Positions 52,301-64,000 of a stretch of 64,000 nt of DNA are shown here, piece after piece; position 1 is the stretch's first letter, and the number at the start of each line of letters is the position of its first letter. The notes below the pieces were generated by a model that had not been told where the DNA came from, searched no databases, and saw nothing but the letters and a program-made list of their open reading frames with translations. The translations under genes and the position numbers were made by a program. Location: positions 15,156,851 to 15,220,850 of the forward strand of contig MU056000.1 in the NCBI GenBank assembly GCA_013239625.1, read 5' to 3'. The DNA comes from Lama guanicoe. Taxonomy: Eukaryota.

Positions 52301-54029
52301 TCATCAATTCCTCTCAAATTACTCCCCACATTCTTCTAGGTGAAGTACTTAGACCAAATATACTTCTATGTCTATATGATACTTATTTCACTTAATTTGT
52401 CATTCTTTTGTATTGTGTCATGACCATAAAATGGGACAGCCATTATGAAAGTGACCAAAATTTGATCAAGTTCTGCTTATTCTCTGGTAACCCTTCTACT
52501 CCATGTGATTAACTCCAGGGTCTCACTCATTTAATTCTCTTGGTGGCATGAAAGCAAACATTTTGTACCTTCCTCTACCCTCTTTTATCTATTTCTCCAT
52601 GAGGTTCTATTAACTTATATGCATATTTAACTTATAAATTAAAACTAATTTAATTTCTCCTACATATCTATTTTTGTCTCTTCTCCTATAATGCAGTAAA
52701 TTCTTCGTTAGAGCAAAACTGCTAGACCAAGCTTTAAGATCACTCTGGTATAAGCAAGTGGTATAATAGGGATGAAAAATCACCCCTTATAATTATAGGA
52801 AAAAAAAAACAGTGGGGGCAGAAGGGAGGAATACAATTAGAAGGTAGAAATATTTCCTCCCTCATCATCAATTCACTAAATGCCTTAATCATGTTTCCAT
52901 CCTTAAACAGTTCCCGTCCTGTGATATTTAATCATTCATCACATATATATTGAGTCTTTGCTGTTGGCCAACCTCTGCTTTTGGCTGTAAAGATTAAGCA
53001 GTAAGCTATATAGACAACCCTTGACCTTAGGGATCTTATATAAAAAGGTGCATTAAAGAAGTGTGTGTGAAAGAGTGAATGCACTCACATTAAGTGTGAG
53101 CAGTTTTAATTTTAAGTGTAGTAGTATGGTGTCACCAGGGTTGTCATATCTCATTGGGTGGTAACAAAAATCCAACCACAGAGAGGACAGGTCTGGGAAA
53201 ATGTACTAGACATTTACCGGGGCATGTGATCCTGTCCGAGGGAAGTTTAGATGAGCCAAAGTCAAAGTGCTTGGCTGTCACTGGACCTAAGGGACAACAG
53301 TCTTGAAAGACACTGCCATTCTCTTGAAAGGGTTTCTGCTGACATTTCCTAAACCTTACGTGGCTAGGTTTATCTGTACGGAAGATCCGTATGTGAGACG
53401 GGGAAAATCTAGCTGATAGTTAAATAAAGTTTTCAGTAGACTTGATAGGCACTGAGGCCTTGCATTCTGGGATAAAAAGGGCAAGAGGGAAGTTTCTCCA
53501 CATAAGAAATTATACTTTTTGTTAATCAGTCCAATAAAAGATGTTTTTATTTGTTTTTATTTCAAAACAAAGAAAACCTAAAAACTAAAGTGTGAACTTA
53601 ATGTTTATCCCAAACTAGGGGAAATATTGTTTGCATTTTTAATATTTCTTAAGCTTTCCTTTTCTCCTTGTGTATATCTGTTATTAAATCAGTGCTTCTA
53701 ATTGAAAATAATAGTATCTTACAATCTGGAATAAATAGTTCATGAGAGCTAAGACCTAACAAATCATAGAGGAGAAATGTAATTTGTTACATGTGGTAAA
53801 AATTAAATGATTTTTTTGAATCTATTATATGTCTAGCAGTGTGCTGTTTTCAAAAAATTATTTTATTATTTCTGTTCTTCCCACCACCTTGATAATGAGT
53901 TAGTATTTTTCATATTATACATATAAGAAAACTAGTTCTTAAAAAGGCTTATCAACTGGGGTATAGGATTGAGAAATTGATAAAAAATGGGCTTGATCAC
54001 AAATAAATCTAGTTTCAAAGCGTACGCTT

Positions 54030-54086
54030 GTTTTATTTTTCATTAAAGTGTAGTCAGTACATTGTGTCAGTTTCTCATGTACAGCC
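54030..54086 (-). mobile_element. Very short L1 tail inserted into a MIR remnant
   Basis: T-tract followed by AAGTGTAGTCAGTACATTGTGTCAGTTTCTCATGTACAGC; MIR-like sequence to the left. Confidence 0.5.
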
Positions 54087-56899
54087 TACATGTTTATACC
54101 ACAACATGTAAAAGCCATCTAGTCTACTTTAATATCTCGGCACTGCATCAGTTTCAGAAATGAATACGTGGGCTTCAATTATAATGCAACTGAAATAAAC
54201 AAACCAAAATATCCAAGTGCAGGCTCTTGAAATCTTTTAATTAAAATGTGTAAAGCAGGTATTTTTTTACTGTATAATAAATGAGATACATTATCCATGA
54301 AATGGATAGCACCTAGAATAGGTGTTTATGTGCACTTTTTAAAATTGTATTTTATGTTGAAATGTCATTGATTTACAACGTTAGTTTCAGGTATACAGCA
54401 ATTTTATATTAGAGAAAGTCTGTATCAGTTTCCTCCTTTCCAATCAAATCTTTAAAGCATTCTTAGGTCTAAAACAAGTTCATAAGAACTCCTCTAAACG
54501 CTTCTGAGTGTAATGTATCAGGTAGGAAGGTAATTTTTGCTTACAGATTTTAATTTTTCTGGGACTTTATTTATCATGTCTTAGCTATCTGACTTCTCTG
54601 GAAAGCTCACTCACATTTAGGTGAACTTTTAGAATGCAGTGGAATGCCCAGCGCTCTGCTTCTAGTCCCCTTGTTTCTCCTCTTTTCCTTTGGAATGAGA
54701 ATTCTCACCTGCTTTGGGTCAATCATTTTAGCTTTGAAATTATGGACTTAGATTTTAGTTTACTTATCATTCTTTTTTCACAGTAAATTGGGGACAGATT
54801 TTAGCTTTTAACTTCTAGGACACTCAAAATAATCTGATTTTTTTCTTTTTGAATGAAGCAACAATCAATTTCATGCCTAATTTGTGTCACTTTTGTGTTA
54901 AGATACAGACTGATGTTCCAAAATATCAGTATAACAGGTAGATTCAGCCACTCAGGTTAGTTTAAACACAGAGGCAACATTAGAAATTGAGACCATAATA
55001 AAAAAGAATACTTGGGTTTTTTTCCATTAAGATTATTTAAATTCAAATCATATTTTGGATGTATTAGTTATCAGACTTGGTATCATAAATAAATTGAATA
55101 CTAGGTTGACAAAATGTAAACTATACAGATTATGGAGACTCTAGAACCTATTAATTCATATAAAAGCAAAAAAAATTATATAACTATGAAATATTTTTTC
55201 TTTTGCTCTGAATTGGTTTTGGGGGATAGCTATGTAATTGACACTCACAAAACAATCATAAACACTCTGTAACTCCAGTGGATAATTCTAAGGGTGTAAA
55301 TATTCACTATATTATATTTATACTATAAAGAATACAATTGGTTAAAAAAATAATGTCTGCTTTTTTTTTTTTCAATGCTAGTAATAGAAAGAGATGGCAT
55401 ATAAATACACTTGTCTCTTTCCTCATGGGCGCTTACCTATATATCTTTAATTGCTGTATTGTTTTAAGTCAGCCAAGAGAGTATTTAGTAAATTAAGGCA
55501 AAACAAATACTGTGAAAGCCTACAAACTGAAATACTGTACCAATTTTAGTCAATGTCACTCTAAATAATTTTACATTACCAATGGGCTAAACAGAATTAA
55601 TAAAATATTATTGCAAAAGTAAATCAGTAAGTAACCAATTTATGCCAAGTTTTACTATCCCCAAAGAAAGTAGTTGACAAAATACATTAATGCCTATGGT
55701 GTTATAAGTGCCATATTATGTATGTGATATTATAACAATGTTCCTTCCTTTCCTCTTTCTAGTTGCTGAGTCCCCTAGTTTTCTCATTATTTGAGCACTT
55801 AAAATTTATTCAACAAATAATTAGGTCTTAATTAACATCAGAAACTGAAAGTCCACTGTGTAAAAGAATCCAAAACATCACTTTCAAGATTTATTTGTAA
55901 ATTTAATTCATTTTGTAAAAGATGGACTTTCTCTTCGAGAATAACATAAAAATCAATTCATTCTTCTGTATGTTAATATTGTGTCATTTGGAGTTTCAGT
56001 TTTTCATCTTATATCAGATTACATGCAGATGTCTGTAATTACTCTGACAGATGTGCTTTAGAAAATGCAAAAATAAAATGTGGAGATTCATAACGACAGA
56101 TTTACTATTGGGATCAAGTGCTTTATGAAGTAAAAGGCTCTGTTTAAAATCCCCAGCCTAGCACAATTTGATAGAGATTCTGAATATCAGAGAATTTAAA
56201 ATAAATTCTTACTTTAAACCTGGCATATTTCTTGTAATATATAATATAACTGAATTGAACATGGCTGTCTGTAAAACTATAAATATGATCAGAAGCGACT
56301 CAAACTAAATTAAGTTTTAGCAGCCATCAGTTTATTCTAAAATGACACTGACATAAGGAATAGCTTATTGGGGTTTGTAAATCTTGTTCTGTAAGCTATT
56401 GCTAGAGATGGTCTAGAATTTTTCTACTCAGAATATGTAGATCAAGACAAAGTTATTAGTAACACTATTCAGAAGACGATTTTCTTTTCAATGCATGAAT
56501 GTAGAAGTTTTAATTAAAGTATTTCCAACATGTATTCCATCTCTAAATGTATTTTAGTTCTAGACAAATGTCATTACTTTAAATATCTAAATTACGTAGT
56601 TGAATCTTATCTATTTAGTTCCCACATGGTCTGTCGGCTGCCACTGCCAAACTAAGGGTCCTGGCCTAGGTATGAGACACCCATACTAGATGCAATTTTC
56701 AAAATTCAGCTTCTCATAATGGAGTACAACTTGCAGTTTAAATAAGAATGCTTTATGTACTCGAAGAAGCAGTGATAGTAATGCCTTCCTGAAATCATTG
56801 AAAACGTGAAGAAGAATCGTAACAGAAATAACAAAAGACACAGAAAGACTCTTTAACTTTAAATGTACTCCTTCTGACATTCGAATAATACTTAAATTC

Positions 56900-57100
56900 A
56901 AATAGTTTGAGCACTTCCTTATTTTCTGGCACTACAAAGTGCTCCAAGTTTATCCTGCATAAATTTTTTTCCCATTCTTAGAATAGCCATTTTTCCAAGG
57001 AACCCAGGTTCTTTTCTAAAAAAATCCAGATCTAAATGCTAGGTGTGCTTCAAGCTAAGGTGGTGTCATTTCTTTAAGGACTTCTCAGCTGACAAGCAAC
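56900..57100 (-). mobile_element. Old L1 3' fragment (L1MC/L1MD-like)
   Basis: GAGCACTTCCTTATTTTCTGGCACTACAA...AGCCATTTTTCCAAGGAACCCAGGTTC...GCTAGGTGTGCT. Confidence 0.7.
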
Positions 57101-57107
57101 AAACATC

Positions 57108-57337
57108 ACATAGTATAGTGTTTAAAATCGTAAACTCTAAAGACAGATCACTTGGAGTGGAACTGGCCTTCGTTAGTTTTAGCTGATGACTTTGAACAAG
57201 TTATTTAGCCAATCTGTGTCTCAGTTTCTTCATCAATAAATGAGAATAATAACAGGGCTGTCAAAACAATTAAATTAGTTAACATTTATTAGTTGCTTAA
57301 AATAATGTCTGGCAAATAGTAAATGATACAGAAATGA
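57108..57337 (+). mobile_element. MIR SINE
   Basis: TGACTTTGAACAAGTTATTTAGCCAATCTGTGTCTCAGTTTCTTCATCAATAAATGAGAATAATAAC (MIR core), ending GTCTGGCAAATAGTAAATG. Confidence 0.85.
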
Positions 57338-58396
57338 TCACTAAAAAAACACATGCTTGAAATATTTCGTTATTGTTTTGGTGCCATATGAAACTGCTCT
57401 TGTTACTCTTGTTGATTTACCTAATTAAAATTAGACATAATGAGCTACTGAATTATCTTCCACATTTGGGATTCAACTCCTCTCTGCTTCATATTAAATA
57501 TAAATTACACTAATATAGAAAGAGTTAGAGTTAACATTTTGGAAGATAACTGAACTTTGAAATTAAAGGTGGATATTCATTTTCAAGTCATTGAATTCAT
57601 TTATTTATTTCTGGATTCATTCAATCTTTATCAATATTTATTCTGTGCCTACATAAATCTGACTACAAAATTGGCTAGAGGTAACCACGGTTCTACAAAA
57701 AAAAGTTTAAATGTGAAGATTGATACTAATGATGTTTATAACTTATGTTCAAAAGGCTTTGAGAGAGAATTCACTGGCAGCTGAAGTGACAGCAGATGAA
57801 TTTTGAAAAATGTGGTAACTGCCAAATTATTTGCCTAAGTTTAAACATATAGAAAGATTGAGGAGGAACCTTAGCTGCATGCAGATCAGGAATTACAGTT
57901 ATGCAATTGGTTATATATTCATGCAGCATTTAAATAATTCAAAATATATTTATTGAGAACCTAACATTTAGAAGACCTTATAAGAGATAGAAGGATGACA
58001 TAGATGAAGAATGCTCAGGAGCTCTCAGAGTGTGTTTATGGGACGATGTTCCCATAAACAGTTGTAGTATTATGGGAAGTGTGGTCTTGAAATTCAGTAA
58101 CCCAGAACCTTCCCACATGCCCTCAGTCACAAGGACGCCTCAGCTGTTCCAGCTTTTCCCACTTTGTATGTTTCAAATGTACTTTCTGTTCGAGATACCT
58201 TTTTCCCCCTCTTAAAACCCCAGAAAAAGTGGTAATTGAATTTTATTTGGAAGAAATTCACTAGGCTGGCAAAACTGGAAGGAAGAGTCAGCGTTCTCTG
58301 CCCACCCCACCCCCACCAGAGGTATGAGGAGAAGTATGAAGAGTTCACAATGTTAAGCATAATCTCAGCGGTATGGGTCTGGTCACAGAGCTGTAA

Positions 58397-58848
58397 TGTA
58401 ACCAAGCAGGACCCTGTGGGGCCTTCCTGGGTCAGACCCATTCTCCCCTATCCTCTATCTGCCTCTTATTTGTACAAAAGCTGTAGTCTTCCAGGCTCCC
58501 TTGAGTCACAAAAACCTGACTCAAGAATTAATGATTAAGAGGATGTAGTGACAGAAACAGAAGTTGGACCATGAGCACTGGTAAGAATTTAAACAATAAA
58601 TGAGCTACATGACAATCACAGAGTCTTTGGTTCCTTCCTGAAGTACCTACATAACAGTGTCTGATGTTTCCTGAGTTGTTTTGTGGATACTAAAACTCCC
58701 ACCAAATGGAGGAAGTTAACTACTTGATGATCATGAGCACTGTAGCCCCTAGACCTACTGGAGGCTGAGGATTGATACTGATAACCCCTGTGACATCGCC
58801 CTGCTCCCTTAACCATTAACCAGTCAGAATTGTGTAGCTGATAACATA
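58397..58848 (+). mobile_element. Lineage-specific ERV1-type LTR, 3' truncated
   Basis: Starts TGTAACCAAGCAGGACCCTGTGGGGCCTTCCTGG; internal CCCCTAGACCTACTGG and CCAGTCAGAATTGTG resemble laurasiatherian ERV1 LTRs. Family name not assigned. Confidence 0.7.
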
Positions 58849-58849
58849 A

Positions 58850-59180
58850 AGTTTGGAACTCTGAAGATAGAACTGGTCTGGAGATGTACATTCTGCTGTC
58901 TCTAAGTATAAATGAGATTTAAAGCTGTGGGAGAGAATGTATTTTCCTTGAGAGAGAATTGGCATAAGAAGAAAAGAAGACAAGATAAACTGCATAGGAA
59001 ATTCAATATTAATTGGCACTTGTAGGAAGATGAGCTAGCAAAGGGGACTGAAAATGAGTCATCAGAGAGATAGATATAAAAGTAGAATGTGATGGAAGGC
59101 AAGGAACTAGACTGCTTCAAGAATGGGGAGCTGGGAAATACAGAGAAGGAGCTAAACAGTAACGAGATTATAGCAATGTG
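58850..59180 (-). mobile_element. L2 remnant
   Basis: TTTGGAACTCTGAAGATAGAACTGGTCTGGAGATGTACATT...TTTAAAGCTGTGGGA...AGCAAAGGGGACTGA. Confidence 0.6.
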
Positions 59181-60261
59181 AAGATACTCAGGCTAGGCTG
59201 GTTAATACTGTTTCATAAAAAAAGCCTTTTGCTGAAAGGAATAAATTGAGAAATAAGGTTTTAAAAAGCATGTGATCTAGAAAATAAAATAAAATATATA
59301 AAATACAATTTTAAATTAAATTAAATTAAAAAGGGAAATTTAGGAAATGGAGAACAAATATGTTAAAATATGTTTAAAGAGACATAGGTATAGCATCTAT
59401 ACCTCCGCAGTGTACAATCTCTGTTTCTGCTTTATTATGTTTTTAAGTTTTCAGATTCAAAAGTAGTAAGTTCTCACTTTTCTAAATTGTTTTATTATCT
59501 GTTACATAAGGAATATTTTCTCATTATTCAAGCCTCAGGGTATCACTTACGTTATAACTGTTAAAGCATTATTAAAATTACTAGAACTATTAATCCAATG
59601 GCTTGATCCACTTGCCATTCTGCCATTGGTGGAAAAAAAAGTCTATTAAATGACGATTACTTAAATAAGAGTGGTTTTATCTTCCAGATTTACATATACA
59701 TAACCATATGAATTAGTTTTATTAGTTCAACAAACAAAAAAAGCACAACAAAAAGTAATATAAAAAGCAAAACTTGTAAGTGACATATAGAAAAATGCAT
59801 ACATCTACAATTTGGGGTTCTTGTATTATTGTAGTCTCTTAAGTGATGTAATTCATTTTTTCATCCTGGAGTTACTTATATTAAAATGTTATCTAAAACA
59901 TTATAATGTAATATGTGATTACATTTAAAAGATAATGAATTTATTTAAAATTGACCCCACTTCAATAGTGTCAGAAGCAGCAGAGTGAAGTAAATTCTTC
60001 TGTTTACTGCCTGAGATCATCTCTCCTGGTCATAATTCAATATTTATTTCTTTCATCCATCAGTGATCATAAAGCTTTTCAATAATTCTAATTTTAAAGA
60101 ATAATTATAGCAAGTATATGGCCATTGATTGCTTAAAGGTTACAGCTAAGATGAACACAAAGTGAATTTTATTTTTAATGAATGAGCTCTTTTGAAAAGT
60201 GAAGCATTTTCCCTCTGACTAAACTTTATACATTATGTATTTGCTTATGTGTGATCTTGCA

Positions 60262-60265
60262 GTGT

Positions 60266-60299
<34 letters not shown>
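60262..60299. repeat. Interrupted (GT)n microsatellite
   Basis: GT run with one TA interruption, read directly. Confidence 0.95.
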
Positions 60300-60302
<3 letters not shown>

Positions 60303-60425
60303 GCCTCAGGACTACATTCCTGTGTTGCTCCACAGCTGGGGAATTATTCAGCTTAATTGAAAACACTGTTCACCTTAAACAAATTTTTTTAAAGTTCTAA
60401 AATTGATTTAAATGCTTTAATGACC

Positions 60426-61165
60426 TGTGGTGATGTTAAACACACGCCCACAGATTCTTGATATTCCTCACTTTACGAACTTAATACTCTTCCCCTTAAG
60501 TGTGGGCAGAATGGTGTGACTTACTTCCAAGGAATAAAATATAAAAAAATTGGAATGTAACTTCCGAGATAAGATTATAGAAAACTAGGGCTTCATTCTT
60601 GAGTGCCCTCTCCGCTTTCTCCTAGGCTTGGTGCTTGATGCACTTTCCCTTCCCTATGTCCCTTCCTTCCCTCTCCATTCTCCTCCTTTCTTTCCCATCC
60701 TTTTCTCTTCTTCTGCTGGTCCCTGTCCTTCTTGTCCACCTTGTTGTCCACCTCCTCCTTTTTCTTCGTCTCTCTGTCTCTGTTTCTGTCTCTATTGTCT
60801 CTCACACACAGAGCCCAGCCACCTTGTAAGGAATCCCAGTCCGTCTTGTTAGAGAGACCACGTGAGGACAGAGTGCCTGAAAGATGACACATGGACGGAA
60901 TGAAGGGACCCTAGGTGATAGCCAGCACCAACTCCCAGCTGCATGACTGTCTCTCACAAGTAGACTTGCAGTAGTAAAGACTTCAGAGGATGCAGCTGGG
61001 GCTGACAACATCGCTGCAAACTTGACTCACGCAAACCTCGAGTCAGAGAAACCTACTTAATCCATTCCATTTTTCCTGACCTTTAGAAACTGTGAGATAA
61101 ATATTTGTTGTTTAAAACAATTAAATTTCAGGGTAATTTATTAACATTGCAGTAAGTAATTCTTG
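60426..61165 (+). mobile_element. MaLR LTR (MLT1F/G-like) with internal pyrimidine tract
   Basis: TGTGGTG start; CCCACAGATTCTTGATATTCCTC; AGAGAGACCACGTG; AGCCAGCACCAACT; AGAAACTGTGAGATAAATATTTGTTGTTTAA. Confidence 0.8.
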
Positions 61166-61429
61166 ATCATATGTAAAATTTTAATTCAGAGAAAATATAA
61201 ATTTAATACAATTTACATTGTTTTGATTGACTTTTAAAACTTTATCAAAATAATTTTTAAACTTCTCCTGTGAATCTAGTGATACACCCAGACGAGACAG
61301 TCTCTTAGATCTCCATTGGGGAGAACTTAACAAGGGAACTACCAGACAGTGCTGCAGCACTCTGCGGATTTTCCATCCATGGATTTTTGGTAGTTCAGAT
61401 TTGTCCTATTTTGTTCTTCCTGAGTTGTG

Positions 61430-61459
61430 GTTTTTGTTTTGTTTTGTTTTGTTTTGTTT
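61430..61459. repeat. (GTTTT)n simple repeat
   Basis: Read directly. Confidence 0.9.
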
Positions 61460-62161
61460 CATTTCGTTTCTGAGGCAAGTTAGATGCAGAATATGGTCAG
61501 ATGAACTTAGATCATTTGCAAGAGTGTCATTCAAATGATGAAAAAATTAAATAAGTAAGCAACTGAAGAAAGGGAAAATCTGGTAGCTTATAAAAAAGAG
61601 GAGGTATAAATAACTTTGAAGTTGTAATAAAGCTGAAGGACAAATTTAGAAGTTGAACTAACTTATTGGAATAAGGACTGTAGGACTTGGAAGTAGAGAA
61701 GCTTCAATTTATCCAGCAGTTACTTGAGATGAAAAGGGAAAATGTGTAGCAGCAGATATGAGTGGTTAAGATTAGTGTGGGGGCAGCTCAATAAACTTCA
61801 GCTGGTCTCCCTGCCATTGAGACCAACATCAAATTGGAAAGTCTTGGAATGTAGCAAGAAGACCTTAATAGAGGGACCAAATCTCTTATGAGATTGAGTC
61901 AGGTATCGTGGGATTGCAGAAATAAGGTAAAGGTAATGATAATAGTGAAATGCCTTAGGCTTTCAGAATTTTTCTTCTTGTACCTACTGTTTGTTTGCAT
62001 TTGTTTGTAGGGGAAATGGCTGTACAAAATTTCACAGCATAGAGGAAGGCTGTCATTATGGAAGGATAGCTTCAGGAAGCACACTGAGAAATAGGGAAGT
62101 TGGAACTTACAGGTATGCAACGTTAAATTCTGTTTTTACTCAAGGATTAAACCCTACAGTT

Positions 62162-63161
62162 TGTCAATGAAAAATCAATCAGTCGATCTAAGAAAGAAGT
62201 GACAAATTGTATTCAAGCCAAATTTGAGGGTGAAGAGCATCTCAAAAAACTCAGATAACTTTCCCTCCCATTAGAAGTCAAAGCACAGTTGCATAAGCTT
62301 TTTTTTTGAGACAAAGAGCTGTACATTGAATGACGTATTAGTGACAGTTTACACAATCCAGATTGAAGTGTCACCCTGGCCCTTACAAGTCAAGAAAGAA
62401 TGTTACCCTCTAAGGAGTGCTTGCAGAGCGGCTGCCACTCCCTGGAGTCGTAAAGGCCCCGCGGCTGGGCTTTCTTCCTGCCTAGACCCCATTGACACCT
62501 TAACCCCGACTCCCACTGCAGGGCCCTTTGCTTAACTGCATTTCTACAAGATAAAACATACTCTCTTGATGTGTTTACCCTAACAAAAGTAGCCGCCCCA
62601 GGAACTAGCCCGTCTCACAATACCGGAGGTGCACAGGTCTCACATCCTGCCCTTGTCAAAGTCCTGAATCACATTGTTCGGAGAAGCCCCTGACAGATCT
62701 TACAACCAACCAGGTACCTGTGCACAAACTGATCACGCAGCTCCTATTCCTTGTGTGCATAAGCTCCCCCCCCCAAAAAAAGCCCCCCCACCCCGGCACA
62801 CCCATCCCAGGCGCTCACGCAGGCACCTCTCATCTGCGCGGCCCGCTGTTGCCCGTGGTCGTGCATCTAATGAAACCTCCCCTTTATTCTTCTATCCTTG
62901 TAGTCTTTGGTTTTTGGTAGATTGTTTTCCTGTCCTGGACCACTGCATTGTCTCCAGTCGCAATTGTCTTGTCGATGCTAGGAGAATGCTGCTTTTTCTG
63001 GTTGAGCAGGTGTAACCTACAGCCCATGGCGGAGGTTTGGTAGATGCACAATGCGGATACACAATGCACAGTAGAGGGGACAGAGGAGGTCAAAGGGCAG
63101 AGAAAATTTTTTATGTTTTAATTCTTCTTGTCTTGCCATAAAATAGGAATTTTATTTCACT
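62162..63161 (-). mobile_element. ERV1-type solo LTR (outer) with 4-bp TSD AGTT, split by a younger LTR
   Basis: AGTT at 62158-62161 and 63162-63165; left end begins TG, right end TTTCACT (CA with one change). Outer arms approximately 62162-62420 and 62963-63161. Confidence 0.65.
62420..62962 (+). mobile_element. Younger CpG-rich LTR nested in the outer LTR
   Basis: Abrupt rise in GC and CpG; starts near TGCAGAGCGG and ends CAGTCGCA; CATAA TATA-like box, AATGAA polyA-like signal and T-rich U5-like end. TSD not resolved. Confidence 0.65.
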
Positions 63162-63407
63162 AGTTCTGAGCAATAAATTGGGTGTTCTGCTTCGTCCCTC
63201 TGCCTCTGCTGTGTGACTTCTTCCACAGCCGGCCGCAAGGACCCACTCTTTGGTGGGCTTCCTAATTTAAAGGTTCTTCTATCCACTAACATAACCAGTA
63301 CCCCTTACCGCTGTAATCATCAATCTACTTAGGAGAGAAAAAAATGTTGATTCTGAGTACCTTGGGGATAATTACTTTGCAAATAAGCACTTAATAACAG
63401 ACTGTAC

Positions 63408-63545
63408 ATGGTTGGGGAAATATAATTAAAAATAAAAGTTCCTGCCGACGGAGAAAACCTCTCCACAAAGGTAGAAGAGAAAGGAAACAATTTTATTATT
63501 GAATAATCGTTAAACCAGAATGTGATGTGTATCACAAGCAATCCG
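63408..63545 (-). mobile_element. MER39-like ERV1 LTR fragment
   Basis: TTGGGGAAATATAATTAAAATAAAA...GAAAACCTCTCCACAAAGGTAGAAGAGAAAG...TTAAACCAGAATGTGATG matches the recalled MER39 end. Confidence 0.65.
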
Positions 63546-64000
63546 AAAAACCAGCCTCTGTGCCTGGAAAAATGAATTCAGACCCAGAGACAGAGTTTCC
63601 GGAGTAGCAGAAAAGAGCAGCTTTATTGCTTTGCCAAGCAAAAGGGAGTCACAGCAGGCTAGTGCCTTAGAGATTGTGAATCCAGCTTGGGGTTGGTGTA
63701 CGGAGGTTTTATAGAAGAGCTGAGTGAAACAGAAAGACAGCAAAGAACAGGGCGTTTTTCTGGGGTGCTATGTTCTTCTTAGTCTTGCTGAATCCACCTG
63801 GTGTCATGCAGAATTTCTGTATCTTCTGAGGCTATCAGCCCATGACCACCTTCTTTAAACACAGCTTCTGGGTTAAAGGATAGGCTATTCTGGGTAAAGA
63901 AAGTGTAGGTGTTTGGCAGTTAGATGGAAATGAGCAGCTGGCAAGGGGAGAGGAGGAGGAGGCGGGGGCAACCCAGAAAATAACAGTACACCTGCACTCA
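63546..64000 (-). mobile_element. Laurasiatherian ERV1-type LTR interrupting the MER39-like element; may run past the window end
   Basis: GAGACAGAGTTT...AGCAGAAAAGAGCAGCTTTATTGCTTTGCCAAGCAAAAGGG...CACAGCAGGCT; TTTATT is a polyA signal on the minus strand. Confidence 0.55.

Noticed and set aside
60593..60892. Overlapping Lys/Glu/Arg-rich and Pro/Leu-rich ORFs
   Set aside because: Translations of a polypyrimidine tract inside an MLT1 LTR.
62420..62962. CpG-island gene promoter
   Set aside because: Bounded by LTR-like termini and has no downstream exon; better explained as a young LTR.
62674..63015. 113-aa Pro/Arg-rich ORF
   Set aside because: TTG start; produced by the C-rich LTR sequence and crosses the inner/outer LTR junction.
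1..64000. tRNA, snRNA, rRNA, numt or processed pseudogene
   Set aside because: None recognised by eye; an Rfam/Infernal scan and BLASTX would be needed to exclude diverged copies.

Overview
AT-rich, CpG-depleted mammalian non-coding DNA (gene desert or deep intron). I find no credible protein-coding gene, RNA gene, CRISPR array or prokaryote-type system. The ORF track consists of short chance ORFs, many with non-ATG starts or inside repeats. Much of the window is interspersed repeat: ancient eutherian elements (MIR, L2, old L1, MLT1 MaLR LTRs, ERV1 LTRs, MER20, MER58, MER44/Tigger7, Tigger13a-like) plus a few younger ones. The younger ones are a 5'-truncated L1 3' end with a perfect 15-bp target-site duplication (24548-24815) and a nested LTR cluster at 62.2-64.0 kb. 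The young L1 tail resembles camelid L1 3'UTRs as I remember them, and I see no Alu, B1/B2, Bov-tA, Can-SINE or PRE1, so a camelid or other cetartiodactyl source is likely (inference). The best-supported structures are the L1 insertion, a 160-bp tandem duplication whose copies differ mainly by CpG decay, the nested LTRs, and a decayed ERV1 LTR with internal sequence. Several non-repeat blocks are weak enhancer, CTCF or exon candidates. Repeat family names come from recalled consensus sequences and need RepeatMasker/Dfam confirmation; boundaries of old repeats are approximate. I did not find a previously undescribed biological system that the sequence supports.
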